Source: Syncephalis fuscata S228 (taxonomy: Eukaryota > Fungi > Zoopagomycota). Taken from it: a stretch of DNA of 64,000 nucleotides. Below the pieces are notes generated by a model, which saw only the letters and a list, made by a program, of their open reading frames with translations, was not told the origin of the DNA and ran no database searches. The position numbers and the translations under genes were made by a program. Every line of letters begins with the position of its first letter. Within the stretch, counting starts at the first letter, position 1. The DNA lies in assembly GCA_025786725.1 (NCBI GenBank), contig JAHLTZ010000010.1, positions 496,001 through 560,000 on the forward strand, read 5' to 3'. Positions 1-12,900 of this stretch are shown here, in pieces.

Positions 1-116
1 TGCCTATAAACTAACGTTTCTAATGAAGCTCCTTCAGAAAGTGGATATCCTTTACATTCCAAGTCGTACGCTTGAGCAACATCCGTTACCAGTCCAAATT
101 CCAAGTTTTTTTCCAT
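1..116 (-). CDS. 5' part of a probable GNAT acetyltransferase (AANAT/Paa1-like); runs off the window
   Basis: Manual translation gives MEKNLEFGLVTDVAQAYDLECKGYPLSEGASLETLVYR, resembling the LE..G(F/Y)P..E.AS.E...(F/Y)R N-terminal motif of AANAT/Paa1 proteins. Only 38 codons are visible. Confidence 0.5.
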   Translation of the reverse strand, partial: MEKNLEFGLVTDVAQAYDLECKGYPLSEGASLETLVYR

Positions 117-732
117 ATTAATCACTCAAGGTGTATTAGATATACAATTTTGGCAATTTGATAAAACATTAAATAGAAGTGTTGAGATTCCGTTTAGAAT
201 TTACACGTTGAAGTAAGAAGAAAAGCTAGGTTGCCAGACAAAAGGATTGAACATTAGAAACGTGGTGTGAGATTGGGTAAAACAAAAATTTCTCCCAAAA
301 CCTGGCTGTACTAAACAGTACCTTACCCATTGTGTGCCAGGAGACGGATGCACGTATTGCGCCACTCAAATACAGCATCCCATTAATGTTACAAACAGCG
401 GAGTTGCTTGATACTGTATTCGGTATACATCTACTATATAAATACACATGGCTATGTTTGTAACTTTGCATCCGTGGATTTGTATCAGAATCGCGTTGTT
501 CTTAATATAGATTCAATGGAAATAGAAATAAATTATCAGCCATGTTTTTGTAACTTAAATAGCCATGGTGTACTTGGTTGTTTTGTGCTCAATCATTTTG
601 TCTTCAATCCACTGGATCTGTAAGCGCCGCTGCTTATTCCTTTTTTTCAAATTAGAAGCAATAGTAACAATAGTTACTTTGCAGATTTTAGACCCACTAT
701 TTACTAGTGGAATTATTGCTATCGTCTTTAGC

Positions 733-2985
733 ATGAAATTTTTACTTCATCAAACAGTATTTCTTGTTTTAGCCTTTCACGCTGGCGTGAATTGTGCACA
801 AAATTCAATTAAAGCAGCACCGAAATCAACTACATCCACTGATCCAAGTGTAATACCCAATTCATACATATTTGAATTGGACAGCAAGACAACACCTGAA
901 GCTATTAGAGCCGGTCAAGAAGCCTTTTTGAATTTACTTAAGCGAAAGAACATTGACTATAGTGTTACAGGACGACGAAAGATATTTCAAAATTTTATTG
1001 GACTTGATGTGGATGAGGAGTCGTTGAAAATTATTCGCAGTATGAACGTCGTAAAAAACGTTACGCCAGTCTATAAGATCGAGTCAGCCATTAATCTTCC
1101 CTTTATGAAAAAACAAGAACCTCTTTCCAATCCATATCTGGCTACCGATGCCCATAAGTTACATGAAAAAGGACTTAATGGTGCAGGAATTCGCGTGGCT
1201 GTTATCGATAGTGGTATTGATTTTACACATCCGAGTTTAGGCGGAGGTTTTGGACCAGGATACAAAGTCAGTTATGGACGTGATTATATAAAAGACAACT
1301 ATTCTGCGAAAACGGCAGCAAAGCTACCCAATTTACCCATGGATTGCACTAGCCACGGAACTCATGTGGCCGGAATTATCGCAGCAAAAGGCAAAGAGTT
1401 TACTGGCATTGCACCTAATGCAGAATTAGGTGCCTATCGCGTTTTTAATTGCAAAAACGAAGGAAATACGGTTTATACTATGGAAGCAATGGAAGACGCG
1501 TTCTCAGATGGATCAGATATTATTAGTCTTTCACTTTCTTTAAGTAGTATGAAATACGATGCATTGGCCACTACTGCTGTTAGCTTAATAGCTCATGGAG
1601 CAATTATTGTGGCGGCGGCAGGAAACTATGCTGCCCAGGGAATGTGGCATGTTGTTTCGCCTAGCATAGCACCAAATGTTATAGCGGTCGGCGCCGCGTA
1701 CACACCTGCCGATGAATCTAATTGGTTTACTCTTACTAAGTTGCCCGATTTCCGTATTACCTATAAGACAGCGTGCAACATCTTACCAAGAGAGCTTGGA
1801 TTTACAGAAATCGTGGCTACTGATCCTCAAACGCCATGTACACTGCCCGAAGCAGCCAAGCTTCGAAACAAGATTTTATTTTTTGATAACCATAATTGCG
1901 ATTTGCCGCAAATGGCCAGCAATGCTCGTATGGCTGGAGTAGCAGCTATTATGGTGCTTAAAACTCCATCTACACCTTCTGTATCCCAGCGCATTATTAA
2001 GTGTCTTTCTTCTATGACTGGCTGCTGTCCTCAAGAGCCTGCATCGCCTAGAAATCAGGCAGCATTACCAATAATTGTTCTTTCTGAAGAATATGAACCG
2101 TTTATGACAAAGACAATGCATACATATAAAACAGTCACCATAGGATTTAGCCCAGTTAAAAGAACGTTTATTCACCGAAAAGACATGAAAATATCCAGTT
2201 TCAGTTCATGGGGGCCTGGCCCATTTCTTGAATTAAAGCCGGATATTGTAGCTCCAGGACAAGCAATATTTTCTACCATGCCGACGGACAAAAACAGTTT
2301 TGGTATTAAAAGAGGCACTTCTATGGCAACACCTTATGTTACTGGAGCAATAGCCCTTTACATGCAGGCCAAAAAAACTAAAAAGATTTCCGTCGATGAA
2401 CTAAACACAGCTTTGCAAAACTCTGCCTATCCTGTTTACAATATCGACAAGCCTGGCTTTGCTCCGGTGGCCAAGCAAGGCGCCGGTCTTATCAACGTGG
2501 AAAGATTTGTTTATGGAGAAACACGCGTTTTTCCTTCTTCGCTTCCGCTTGAAGATAACTTGATGGCTGTTGATCGCGTCAATGGAGTTCAAACTAAAGT
2601 ATTGAAAATCACAAATCAAGACAATAAGCCTCAGGACTATGTCATATCTCATGAATCGTTACCGTCAGTTCGTGGAATTGTAAATCGATTCTTGGGTCGT
2701 AAAGTACTGCGTGAACCCTTGGAGCAAAATGTATATGCAAGCGTATTATTCGATTCTAATCGTTTTCGACTTGAGCCTGGCAAATCAAAATTAATTAAAG
2801 TTAGTATTGGGGAGCCAGGTGATGAGTTACCAGAAAAAGAGGACTGGGTATATTCGGGCTATATTATTATTGACCCTGTGTTAAAATCCAACCATATACC
2901 GCGCAGTAAAGCAGTGTTTGTGCCTTATCTTGGTCTCAAGGGAAGTATAATGAGAATTGACGCAGTGATACAAGGTGTGCGATAG
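733..2985 (+). CDS. Secreted subtilisin-like serine protease (S8A) with propeptide, PA-like insert and C-terminal Fn3-like domain; intronless
   Basis: Catalytic motifs VAVIDSG, HGTHVAGII and GTSMATP, plus SSFSSWGP..ELKPD. A signal peptide follows the ATG at 733 (MKFLLHQTVFLVLAFHAGVNCA). The ORF track extends upstream to 565. Confidence 0.93.
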   Translation: MKFLLHQTVFLVLAFHAGVNCAQNSIKAAPKSTTSTDPSVIPNSYIFELDSKTTPEAIRAGQEAFLNLLKRKNIDYSVTGRRKIFQNFIGLDVDEESLKIIRSMNVVKNVTPVYKIESAINLPFMKKQEPLSNPYLATDAHKLHEKGLNGAGIRVAVIDSGIDFTHPSLGGGFGPGYKVSYGRDYIKDNYSAKTAAKLPNLPMDCTSHGTHVAGIIAAKGKEFTGIAPNAELGAYRVFNCKNEGNTVYTMEAMEDAFSDGSDIISLSLSLSSMKYDALATTAVSLIAHGAIIVAAAGNYAAQGMWHVVSPSIAPNVIAVGAAYTPADESNWFTLTKLPDFRITYKTACNILPRELGFTEIVATDPQTPCTLPEAAKLRNKILFFDNHNCDLPQMASNARMAGVAAIMVLKTPSTPSVSQRIIKCLSSMTGCCPQEPASPRNQAALPIIVLSEEYEPFMTKTMHTYKTVTIGFSPVKRTFIHRKDMKISSFSSWGPGPFLELKPDIVAPGQAIFSTMPTDKNSFGIKRGTSMATPYVTGAIALYMQAKKTKKISVDELNTALQNSAYPVYNIDKPGFAPVAKQGAGLINVERFVYGETRVFPSSLPLEDNLMAVDRVNGVQTKVLKITNQDNKPQDYVISHESLPSVRGIVNRFLGRKVLREPLEQNVYASVLFDSNRFRLEPGKSKLIKVSIGEPGDELPEKEDWVYSGYIIIDPVLKSNHIPRSKAVFVPYLGLKGSIMRIDAVIQGVR

Positions 2986-3409
2986 AATTAGATGGTCCTT
3001 ATTAATAAAGCGTAATTAATAAACATAGCATAGTATATGATGAATGAATAGATAAAAAACAATGTATGAACAATGGTGAAACTATCGAATATGTAATTGA
3101 TTACATAGAGTGAGTTGAAATAAATTTATATCTATACTAAATAAAGATATTAATGAAAATAGCTCTCATTAATATTATGGCCGCCCTAAGATATAATGAT
3201 ATATAGTATAATAAGTATAAAGTGGGGATAACATAGATGGAGAAGAATATATGTTTATAGATAATAATAAATGTACGATAATGAATATTTTGATAACTGA
3301 TGCCACTTATATTTATTTTAATAAACAAATGTTTAGATTAATTGCGTAAAAATTATCAAATGCAATCATTTAACCATTTAAATCGCGCTAGATTATTAAT
3401 AATTTGTTT

Positions 3410-6400
3410 AATATTGTTTTGACAATGGTGTCAGCTGTTTATTTAGCTATTTATTTATTCTATTATTTTATTGCACTAATATCTAACTTGCTTTATTTCA
3501 CATTAATAATAATAGGGTAATATCAGTATAATCTGTGCTTGAGCATCTAGGCTAAAGCCTTTAAAATCAGAGGTGTAACGCTAATTATTTGTATTACTAT
3601 TTACAACATAGTTGCATATATTTTAATAAATTCTATTTTGCGGCATTATTAGTATCTACATTAAATGGCCAAGTCTATATATATATATATATATATCGCT
3701 ACTATTATTAATTACTTGCGATACCTATTTATAAATGATAACCAATTGCTATTCTAAATTGATTTTAATTACTAAAAGGTAATGAGTCGAATACAGAGTT
3801 ATTAAATTTATGATGGTTTTAAATACTTGTCTAAACCAAATGCTTACAGCATGTCAGATTCATTAGACAAGCAAATAATTGATTTTACGCTAATACTGAT
3901 AACTAATCTTAACAATAAATTTTCTAAAAACGTACTAGGCCATTTGATTGTATCAACACTAACAATGACTGTATTTTAAAACATAATCGCCTAACCTGCC
4001 ATGATACTACAAAACAAATCAGTAAACTAAAAACTTTGGACTGTAATTAAACGAGTTTTATTATTGTTTAGCACTTTTAATGCTAATTTAATTCTGGTGC
4101 TGTTCACTATTTTATTTAGTTGTAAGTCGTTGCTTGTTTAGCACTTTGGAAAGCTTTTTGGTAATTTATCGTTACGGCCAAAGTCTTGTGTCCAGTAGGT
4201 TTGACCGCCATTGCCTAAAGCCATACCGCTGCCGAAATGCGTGGCATCGCTTACTAGATTCTTGAGATGAAGAGGCGAGGCAATCCAGCTGTTCATGACT
4301 TGCTCTATAGATGTCTGTCCGCTTGCGACGTTCTCGCTTACACTGTTCCATCCGCCACCACTGGCAGAGCAGCGCTGCATTAAACCAGGCTCACCAGCAA
4401 ACGAATGGCTCATCTGATTATTACGGGCCTGAAGTACACTATGGTCCTGTGCAGCTTTGTTCAGGCCGGTATCAATTGCAAGTGGTGGAAGCTTTTTTTC
4501 AGCGCGGAATTTGTTGACCAGGCAAATCATTTTTGTTGGATCGAAGCTAACTGGGCCAGCGCTTACTTCAATCGCGCTGGCGGCGAATGCGGTAATCATA
4601 ATAAGAGTAGTGAGGAATTGCATGATGATAATGTTCGTAAGCTTAAAAGTCGTGCGTAACAGCTAGTGCGTTTAGTCAATTTAGCAGCCTAGTTGTAATC
4701 AATGGCGTAAAGGTGCTGGCGTAAAGTCGTTGCAGAAGCTGTTGCTTTGTTGAGATGCTGAACCAACTATTAACCAAATAAATCGCCATGTATTTATATC
4801 CAATTTTGTAGTAACAGCTACTATGTGTTCCATGATTGTAACCATGATCAAGAGTGTTTTCACTGTTTAGGTCCCGGGTGGCGTAATAAACAACATCTCC
4901 AAGCACCCGTGCTAAAACATGGCTGCCCTTAATGGTTCTGACATCAACGTTTCAAGCAACCAGCCAGTCATCCCATTTTTACCAAATCGTACTTTTTGCA
5001 CATTGTATTGTCACAATGTGCTAATCATGTTTGTAGCCTATTTTATGTTTATTCTTGCAACTAGTGATTTTTTGTCAAAAAATATGATAGCACGCCATTT
5101 AATGTGCTATATTACAAAGTCAACTTTACTAATTATAACACACTGCATGTTTTATATTATTACACAATACAAGTTTGCATCTTTTTTATTGCATCAAAGT
5201 TGTGACCCAACCTCCGCAGTACTGGTTTGAAGCATCATGTCTTGTCATATTTACTAACTATAATATATTGGTTTCATTAAACTAGTGCTAAGGCCACGAC
5301 CCGTGAAAGATTCCGGTTATACCAACACAGTATTGTCATAGCTAGATGCTATGGATTTAAATACGGCTATCTTTATCATGTATATATTGGTTCAAGGCGT
5401 TGTAGTGGCCAATAAACCAATAATTATATTAATAAACTGGTATTGTTATAAATACCGGGCTTCACGTGCAATGTAAACACGATACAACTACTGATTGCAA
5501 TAGATTCATTCGTTGCATTATGACAATTCTATATGTTGCATTAGAAAAGCGTGTTAATGTTTTGGCTTTCGTTTGCAATTCGTCTGCTGATAAAACCATA
5601 TTGTATAATTTATCATATTGTAGACATAAACAATATCTAAACACAAGTAGTAAAAATAAATGGTGTTTATTAATACTTGCGCTAGATAATTAACAAAAAG
5701 AGTTTGCTTGTTGTTACCGACAGTAATGCAGAAAAGGTGGCCTTGAATCTATCACCGATGGTGCCGCCATGGAATTCGACTAGTGTGCACTTGTCACAGA
5801 AGTATCTATACTTAATATTGCACTGCCAATGTTCTAATCACACCTTGTGCTCATTACTGATATCAAACAGCTCTTGGCGGTCGGTGGCCAGATTGGTGTT
5901 ATTCGACTATAAACAAACATATTAGTAGCGCATTCAGCTGTAGATTCCCAGTCCCAAACAATAGTCATAAATATTGTACAACAGCATTATTCGTTATTGC
6001 CATTGCATATGATCATTATAAAAATGTAATATTTGCTATTTCTAGTAGCTGTGCTCGTCATAAAATTTTAATATTTCTATTTCCATTACCATGGCCAGCT
6101 TAAAATAGCAATTCTAGTGCAATTAGGCGGTAGAATCCAATGGAGTGTGAATTAAAAAGCAATAGTAAATTTGACTAATAAAGCGCTGATAATACTATGT
6201 ATAAAGTATGTAAAATGAAGCAAAATGCATGATATTTTGCACAAATATGTGCATAATATTCACACGCCTATTGTCAAATTATATCATAATTGTATTGCGT
6301 ATCAATGCAATTATTGTGCTAATACACTAATAGATGTGTAAAAATAGCAGTTTTTTGCCAATTATGGCTCGTATAAACAAAGTACAGCAAAATGATTGCC

Positions 6401-6525
6401 GGATTCGAGTTCACCGTGCTTAGTTATACAGATTGGTATGATTTATAGAACAATGATTTTTGCATAAACTGTTAGTCAAAAATGCAATTTAGGTATAATT
6501 AGTTAACAAATATTTAACTTATATG
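3410..6525. repeat. Left arm of ~3.1 kb inverted repeat (palindrome 1)
   Basis: Reverse complement of 6662-9784 with scattered SNPs and indels; mirrored ORFs in the track; 136 bp spacer at 6526-6661. Confidence 0.97.
4138..4623 (-). CDS. Secreted CAP (SCP/PR-1) domain protein, copy 1
   Basis: Signal peptide; motifs LVNKFR, AAQDHS..QA....MSH, SENVASG, WIASPLHLKNL and YWTQDFG. Confidence 0.92.
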   Translation of the reverse strand: MQFLTTLIMITAFAASAIEVSAGPVSFDPTKMICLVNKFRAEKKLPPLAIDTGLNKAAQDHSVLQARNNQMSHSFAGEPGLMQRCSASGGGWNSVSENVASGQTSIEQVMNSWIASPLHLKNLVSDATHFGSGMALGNGGQTYWTQDFGRNDKLPKSFPKC

Positions 6526-6661
6526 TATATATATGGCATAAATATTTACATTATATTGGTATTTCTTCATACTAAATTGCTATCATGTTTGTTTTAGCGC
6601 TGCAAAATGCTTTGGCTTTATTATAAACTAAACTAATTATCAATATTACAATTTCTAAAAT

Positions 6662-9600
6662 CATATAAGTTAAATATTTGTTAACTAATTATACCTAAAT
6701 TGCATTTTTGACTAACAGTTTATGCAAAAATCATTGTTCTATAAATCATACCAATCTGTATAACTAAGCACGGTGAACTCGAATCCGGCAATCATTTTGC
6801 TGTACTTTGTTTATACGAGCCATAATTGGCAAAAAACTGCTATTTTTACACATCTATTAGTGTATTAGCACAATAATTGCATTGATACGCAATACAATTA
6901 TGATATAATTTGACAATAGGCGTGTGAATATTATGCACATATTTGTGCAAAATATCATGCATTTTGCTTCATTTTACATACTTTATACATAGTATTATCA
7001 GCGCTTTATTAGTCAAATTTACTATTGCTTTTTAATTCACACTCCATTGGATTCTACCGCCTAATTGCACTAGAATTGCTATTTTAAGCTGGCCATGGTA
7101 ATGGAAATAGAAATATTAAAATTTTATGACGAGCACAGCTACTAGAAATAGCAAATATTACATTTTTATAATGATCATATGCAATGGCAATAACGAATAA
7201 TGCTGTTGTACAATATTTATGACTATTGTTTGGGACTGGGAATCTACAGCTGAATGCGCTACTAATATGTTTGTTTATAGTCGAATAACACCAATCTGGC
7301 CACCGACCGCCAAGAGCTGTTTGATATCAGTAATGAGCACAAGGTGTGATTAGAACATTGGCAGTGCAATATTAAGTATAGATACTTCTGTGACAAGTGC
7401 ACACTAGTCGAATTCCATGGCGGCACCATCGGTGATAGATTCAAGGCCACCTTTTCTGCATTACTGTCGGTAACAACAAGCAAACTCTTTTTGTTAATTC
7501 TCTAGCGCAAGTATTAATAAACACCATTTATTTTTACTACTTGTGTTTAGATATTGTTTATGTCTACAATATGATAAATTATACAATATGGTTTTATCAG
7601 CAGACGAATTGCAAACGAAAGCCAAAACATTAACACGCTTTTCTAATGCAACATATAGAATTGTCATAATGCAACGAATGAATCTATTGCAATCAGTAGT
7701 TGTATCGTGTTTACATTGCACGTGAAACCCGGTATTTATAACAATACCAGTTTATTAATATAATTGTTGGTTTATTGGCCACTACAACGCCTTGAACCAA
7801 TATATACATGATAAAGATAGCCGTATTTAAATCCATAGCATCTAGCTATGACAATACTGTGTTGGGTATAACCGGAATACTTTCACGGGTCTTGGCCTTA
7901 GCACTAGTTTAATGAAACCAATATATTATAGTTAGTAAATATGACAAGACATGATGCTTCAAACCAGTACTGCGGAGGTTGGGTCACAACTTTGATGCAA
8001 TAAAAAAGATGCAAACTTGTATTGTGTAATAATATAAAACATGCAGTGTGTTATAATTAGTAAAGTTGACTTTGTAATATAGCACATTAAATGGCGTGCT
8101 ATCATATTTTTTGACAAAAAATCACTAGTTGCAAGAATAAACATTAAAATAGGCTACAAACATGATTAGCACATTGTGCCAATACAATGTGCAAAAAGTA
8201 CGATTTGGTAAAAATGGGATGACTGGCTGGTTGCTTGAAACGTTGATGTCAGAACCATTAAGGGCAGCCATGTTTTAGCACGGGTGCTTGGAGATGTTGT
8301 TTATTACGCCACCCGGGACCTAAACAGTGAAAACACTCTTGATCATGGTTACAATCATGGAACACATAGTAGCTGTTACTACAAAATTGGATATAAATAC
8401 ATGGCGATTTATTTGGTTAATAGTTGGTTCAGCATCTCAACAAAGCAACAGCTTCTGCAACGACTTTACGCCAGCACCTTTACGCCATTGATTACAACTA
8501 GGCTGCTAAATTGACTAAACGCACTAGCTGTTACGCACGACTTTTAAGCTTACGAACATTATCATCATGCAATTCCTCACTACTCTTATTATGATTACCG
8601 CATTCGCCGCCAGCGCGATTGAAGTAAGCGCTGGCCCAGTTAGCTTCGATCCAACAAAAATGATTTGCCTGGTCAACAAATTCCGCGCTGAAAAAAAGCT
8701 TCCACCACTTGCAATTGATACCGGCCTGAACAAAGCTGCACAGGACCATAGTGTACTTCAGGCCCGTAATAATCAGATGAGCCATTCGTTTGCTGGTGAG
8801 CCTGGTTTAATGCAGCGCTGCTCTGCCAGTGGCGGCGGATGGAACAGTGTAAGCGAGAACGTCGCAAGCGGACAGACATCTATAGAGCAAGTCATGAACA
8901 GCTGGATTGCCTCGCCTCTTCATCTCAAGAATCTAGTAAGCGATGCCACGCATTTCGGCAGCGGTATGGCTTTAGGCAATGGCGGTCAAACCTACTGGAC
9001 ACAAGACTTTGGCCGTAACGATAAATTACCAAAAAGCTTTCCAAAGTGCTAAACAAGCAACGACTTACAACTAAATAAAATAGTGAACAGCACCAGAATT
9101 AAATTAGCATTAAAAGTGCTAAACAATAATAAAACTCGTTTAATTACAGTCCAAAGTTTTTAGTTTACTGATTTGTTTTGTAGTATCATGGCAGGTTAGG
9201 CGATTATGTTTTAAAATACAGTCATTGTTAGTGTTGATACAATCAAATGGCCTAGTACGTTTTTAGAAAATTTATTGTTAAGATTAGTTATCAGTATTAG
9301 CGTAAAATCAATTATTTGCTTGTCTAATGAATCTGACATGCTGTAAGCATTTGGTTTAGACAAGTATTTAAAACCATCATAAATTTAATAACTCTGTATT
9401 CGACTCATTACCTTTTAGTAATTAAAATCAATTTAGAATAGCAATTGGTTATCATTTATAAATAGGTATCGCAAGTAATTAATAATAGTAGCGATATATA
9501 TATATATATATATATAGACTTGGCCATTTAATGTAGATACTAATAATGCCGCAAAATAGAATTTATTAAAATATATGCAACTATGTTGTAAATAGTAATA

Positions 9601-9784
9601 CAAATAGATTAGCGTTACACCTCTGATTTTAAAGGCTTTAGCCTAGATGTTCAAGCACAAATTATACTGATATTATCCTATTATTATTAATGTGAAATAA
9701 AGCAAGTTAGATATTAGTGCGATAACAATAATAGAATAAATAAATAGCTAAATAAACAGCTGACACCATTGTCAAAACAATATT
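6662..9784. repeat. Right arm of ~3.1 kb inverted repeat (palindrome 1)
   Basis: Reverse complement of 3410-6525. Confidence 0.97.
8567..9052 (+). CDS. Secreted CAP (SCP/PR-1) domain protein, copy 2 (identical protein)
   Basis: Same 161 aa sequence as 4138-4623, with a synonymous difference in the Gly run. Confidence 0.92.
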   Translation: MQFLTTLIMITAFAASAIEVSAGPVSFDPTKMICLVNKFRAEKKLPPLAIDTGLNKAAQDHSVLQARNNQMSHSFAGEPGLMQRCSASGGGWNSVSENVASGQTSIEQVMNSWIASPLHLKNLVSDATHFGSGMALGNGGQTYWTQDFGRNDKLPKSFPKC

Positions 9785-11487
9785 GTAAGTTTTGGTTGTA
9801 TGATATTGTTATTATTAGATTACTTGTATGTATTTGTGTATTTCAATATATTCTGATTTCATCATTGTCTGTTAGCTTATATGTAATCACAATACTGACT
9901 CACTATTAATATTTAATGCAAAAAGTGAAATCTGAACTATAAAGCCTTAATAATCAATATAAGAATCATGTTTATTGAATAACAAATAGTAATAATAGTA
10001 TTTTATTTTAACAAATCGTGTTTTATCAATTTATTTTCAATTGCATATTGTCTTTAAATTGAGTAATATATATCATTATGATTGTGGTTTATTAGCATCA
10101 GCTTTAATAATTCGAAGCAATATTTGCCACTAAATGTTACAGAATTATTATTATATTAAGCGGAAATTGGTTGGCATTTTTAAAATGTAATAAATATATT
10201 AATGAATTTTAGTATGCAATACTTTTTTATTACATTTAATACTCAGAATACTGTGTTGCATGTTTTGTAATTAATGAAATAATTATTAATGGATATATCG
10301 ATACTACTATATTTGGTTGTTTCACTGGTCTGTGTTCATGCGACAATAATAATGGACAAGAAAATAAACTCATAAATACAGTGATAATAATGTATTTGTA
10401 TTTTGTTGCAATGTCATTGTCATATTCCAATAGTGTCCAATATCGTTTATTTAATAAATATGCAGATCTCTGGCTGCACTGAATGGACTCATTTAGTTTG
10501 TACAATCTCTAAGGAAAATGGCAAAGTTTTGTATTACTTGGTTCGTATATATTCATTCAGTCCAAAGTCGGTGTAACCAACAAATACGTAATGGCATGCG
10601 TTTGACGACGCGTACATTCCTAGTATATACAATACTATTGTTACAGCGGCAGAATATAATATTGTAACGTTGACCAAACAACCAAAAAAAGAGAGGAAAT
10701 ATAGGAGGTAATTTAATCAGACAATTAATACAAATTAATACAGATTATGTAACTAGTATTTAACAATTGTAATAACCAACAATAGCTTGAATTAGCAGAA
10801 TTATAGCATAAATTGCAACTGTATAAATTCCGATAACAAGTTAAAATGAATTGGATTATAAGTCATATTTATTATTATTTGAGCAATAGTACTATGTATT
10901 TATAATATTGTTGAATAATAAGAGTTACAAAGCTAAAAACTCCTGATGGGAGAGAATGTTAATCACAGCAAATGTAACAATTTTAATTTAAAACTTTGCT
11001 TATTTACGTAGTTTAGTTAATTGTAGCAAAATTAACAGTAATCTTAATTCCATTTCATTTATTAAAAAACTTCCAAACATACACATGTGCCAAATGTAGC
11101 TTAAAAGAACAGAACACAAGAACATGCTCTGTAAAAATTGGTTTTAATGCTGAAACAAGCGCTTTATTGAATAACGGGTACAAACTACCAATGGAACGGC
11201 TATCACAAAAAAAGATGCGTTATTACAAGTATTCAGTCTGCCATGGACGTTATTACAAGAAAACAAGGTGCGATACGAGCAAAACATAATTTAATTAATA
11301 GAATTCTAAAATCTTAAAACAAGGCATTTTTCAAAACTTACAAATTATTAATTAGTACTAAGTAAATTGCATATTTAAATTATTGGAACAAATTACAACT
11401 TTGATAAATATATTTATTCTTTTTCTAATCACCAGTCTTTATTGAAAAAACATACATTTTATTCGACAACTATTTGTATTGATCCCT

Positions 11488-12809
11488 ATGAAACACTCTT
11501 TAAGATCAGAGACGGACGAATCCTCTAGTGCTAGCTCTTGTTCTAATATTTATTTATCGCACTGGAATGAGCCGACCACTTCATTCAGCACTAATTCTGC
11601 TAACTCGCGTCAACAAAGACGACGACCACAGCTAGACCTTGCAGGTAGATCACAAAAGCAAGTGCTGGGCTCAACAGTACCATGTGTAGAAGCGCTCCCG
11701 CTACCAGTGGCTACTACATACCTTGTTGCAACTCATGACGAAGAAGACGCTGATAATACACACTCACTCTATAAAAAACGGCATAAATCTCATGCCAATG
11801 ATAACGACAATATATTAACTGTGGATAAATTTATTTTTGGTAATTATCGTCATTATTATGGCTATCGCCATCAGTCTGGACAAGAGGGCAGCGATCCACG
11901 CGTAAGTGTCATGGATCCAGCTTGGTTTAAAGGACGACAAGTATTGGATATTGGTTGTAATGCTGGCTACGTCACCACGGAAATTGCATCTCGATATCAG
12001 CCAGCGCGAATTCTCGGTGTTGACATTGACGAGGCACTTATTGATCAAGCATGGCGACATCTACGCTATCGGTGGTCGCTTCAAAGACCTTATTTATCTT
12101 TTAATGAACAGCAACAGCATCAACAGCACTTTGAATGTACAAAGACAAATTATCAGCTATTTCCACTATCCATGCCAGTAATGTTCGGCCATTTACCTTG
12201 GCCAATGGAGTCGTCTTTTGCCGTAAAAGAAAATCCATTTCCGCTAAATATTAATTTTCATCCAGGGGATTGGCTACGCATGCCACCTGAGCCAAATACT
12301 TATAATGTTATTATGGCGTAAGTAGTTTATTTAACAAAATGATTTTTAATTTAACAAAATTTATAGCTTAAGCATTACAAAATGGATTCATTTACACAAG
12401 GGCGATGATGGCATGCGTAGTTTTTTCTACCGTATTTACGCCAGTCTTTGTAAAGGTGGCCAGTTTATTCTAGAGCCACAGCCATGGCGCTCCTACACTC
12501 GCAAAAGCAAGCTGACTCCGGTAATTAGTTTAATTGATAGCAATGATGTTAGTTATCTAAATAGTTTATATATTATTTAGGTCATGCGACAAACATTCCA
12601 ATCCATTTCATTTCGTCCGGATCAATTTGAGACATTTTTAATAGAAAAAGTTGGTTTTACACGGGTTGAAGAAAAAACAGTGCCTTATTCGCCTGGCACT
12701 GGTAAAGGTAATTGACTATCAATTTTAGTTCTAATTAATTAGTTAACTAACTAATCACTTATTGTAATTAGGATTCAAACGACCTCTTCAAGTGTATTAT
12801 AAAGAGTAA
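11488..12809 (+). CDS. Bin3/MePCE-type RNA methylphosphate capping methyltransferase (4 exons)
   Basis: Motifs FGNYRHYYGYR and VLDIGCNAG; after the intron at 12318-12366, LSITKWIHLHKGDDG and LEPQPW; ends GFKRPLQVYYKE*. Confidence 0.88.
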
Positions 12810-12900
12810 TAGCAATAAATATTCATACAGCAATTCCTACATAGTTTATGACTTTTATTTGGCGTCTTTATAAATCAATAGTATACAAACAATAAAATAA

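Noticed and set aside
4676-8514. Mirrored small ORFs between the CAP genes
   Set aside because: AT-rich with no protein-like features; duplicated only because of the palindrome.
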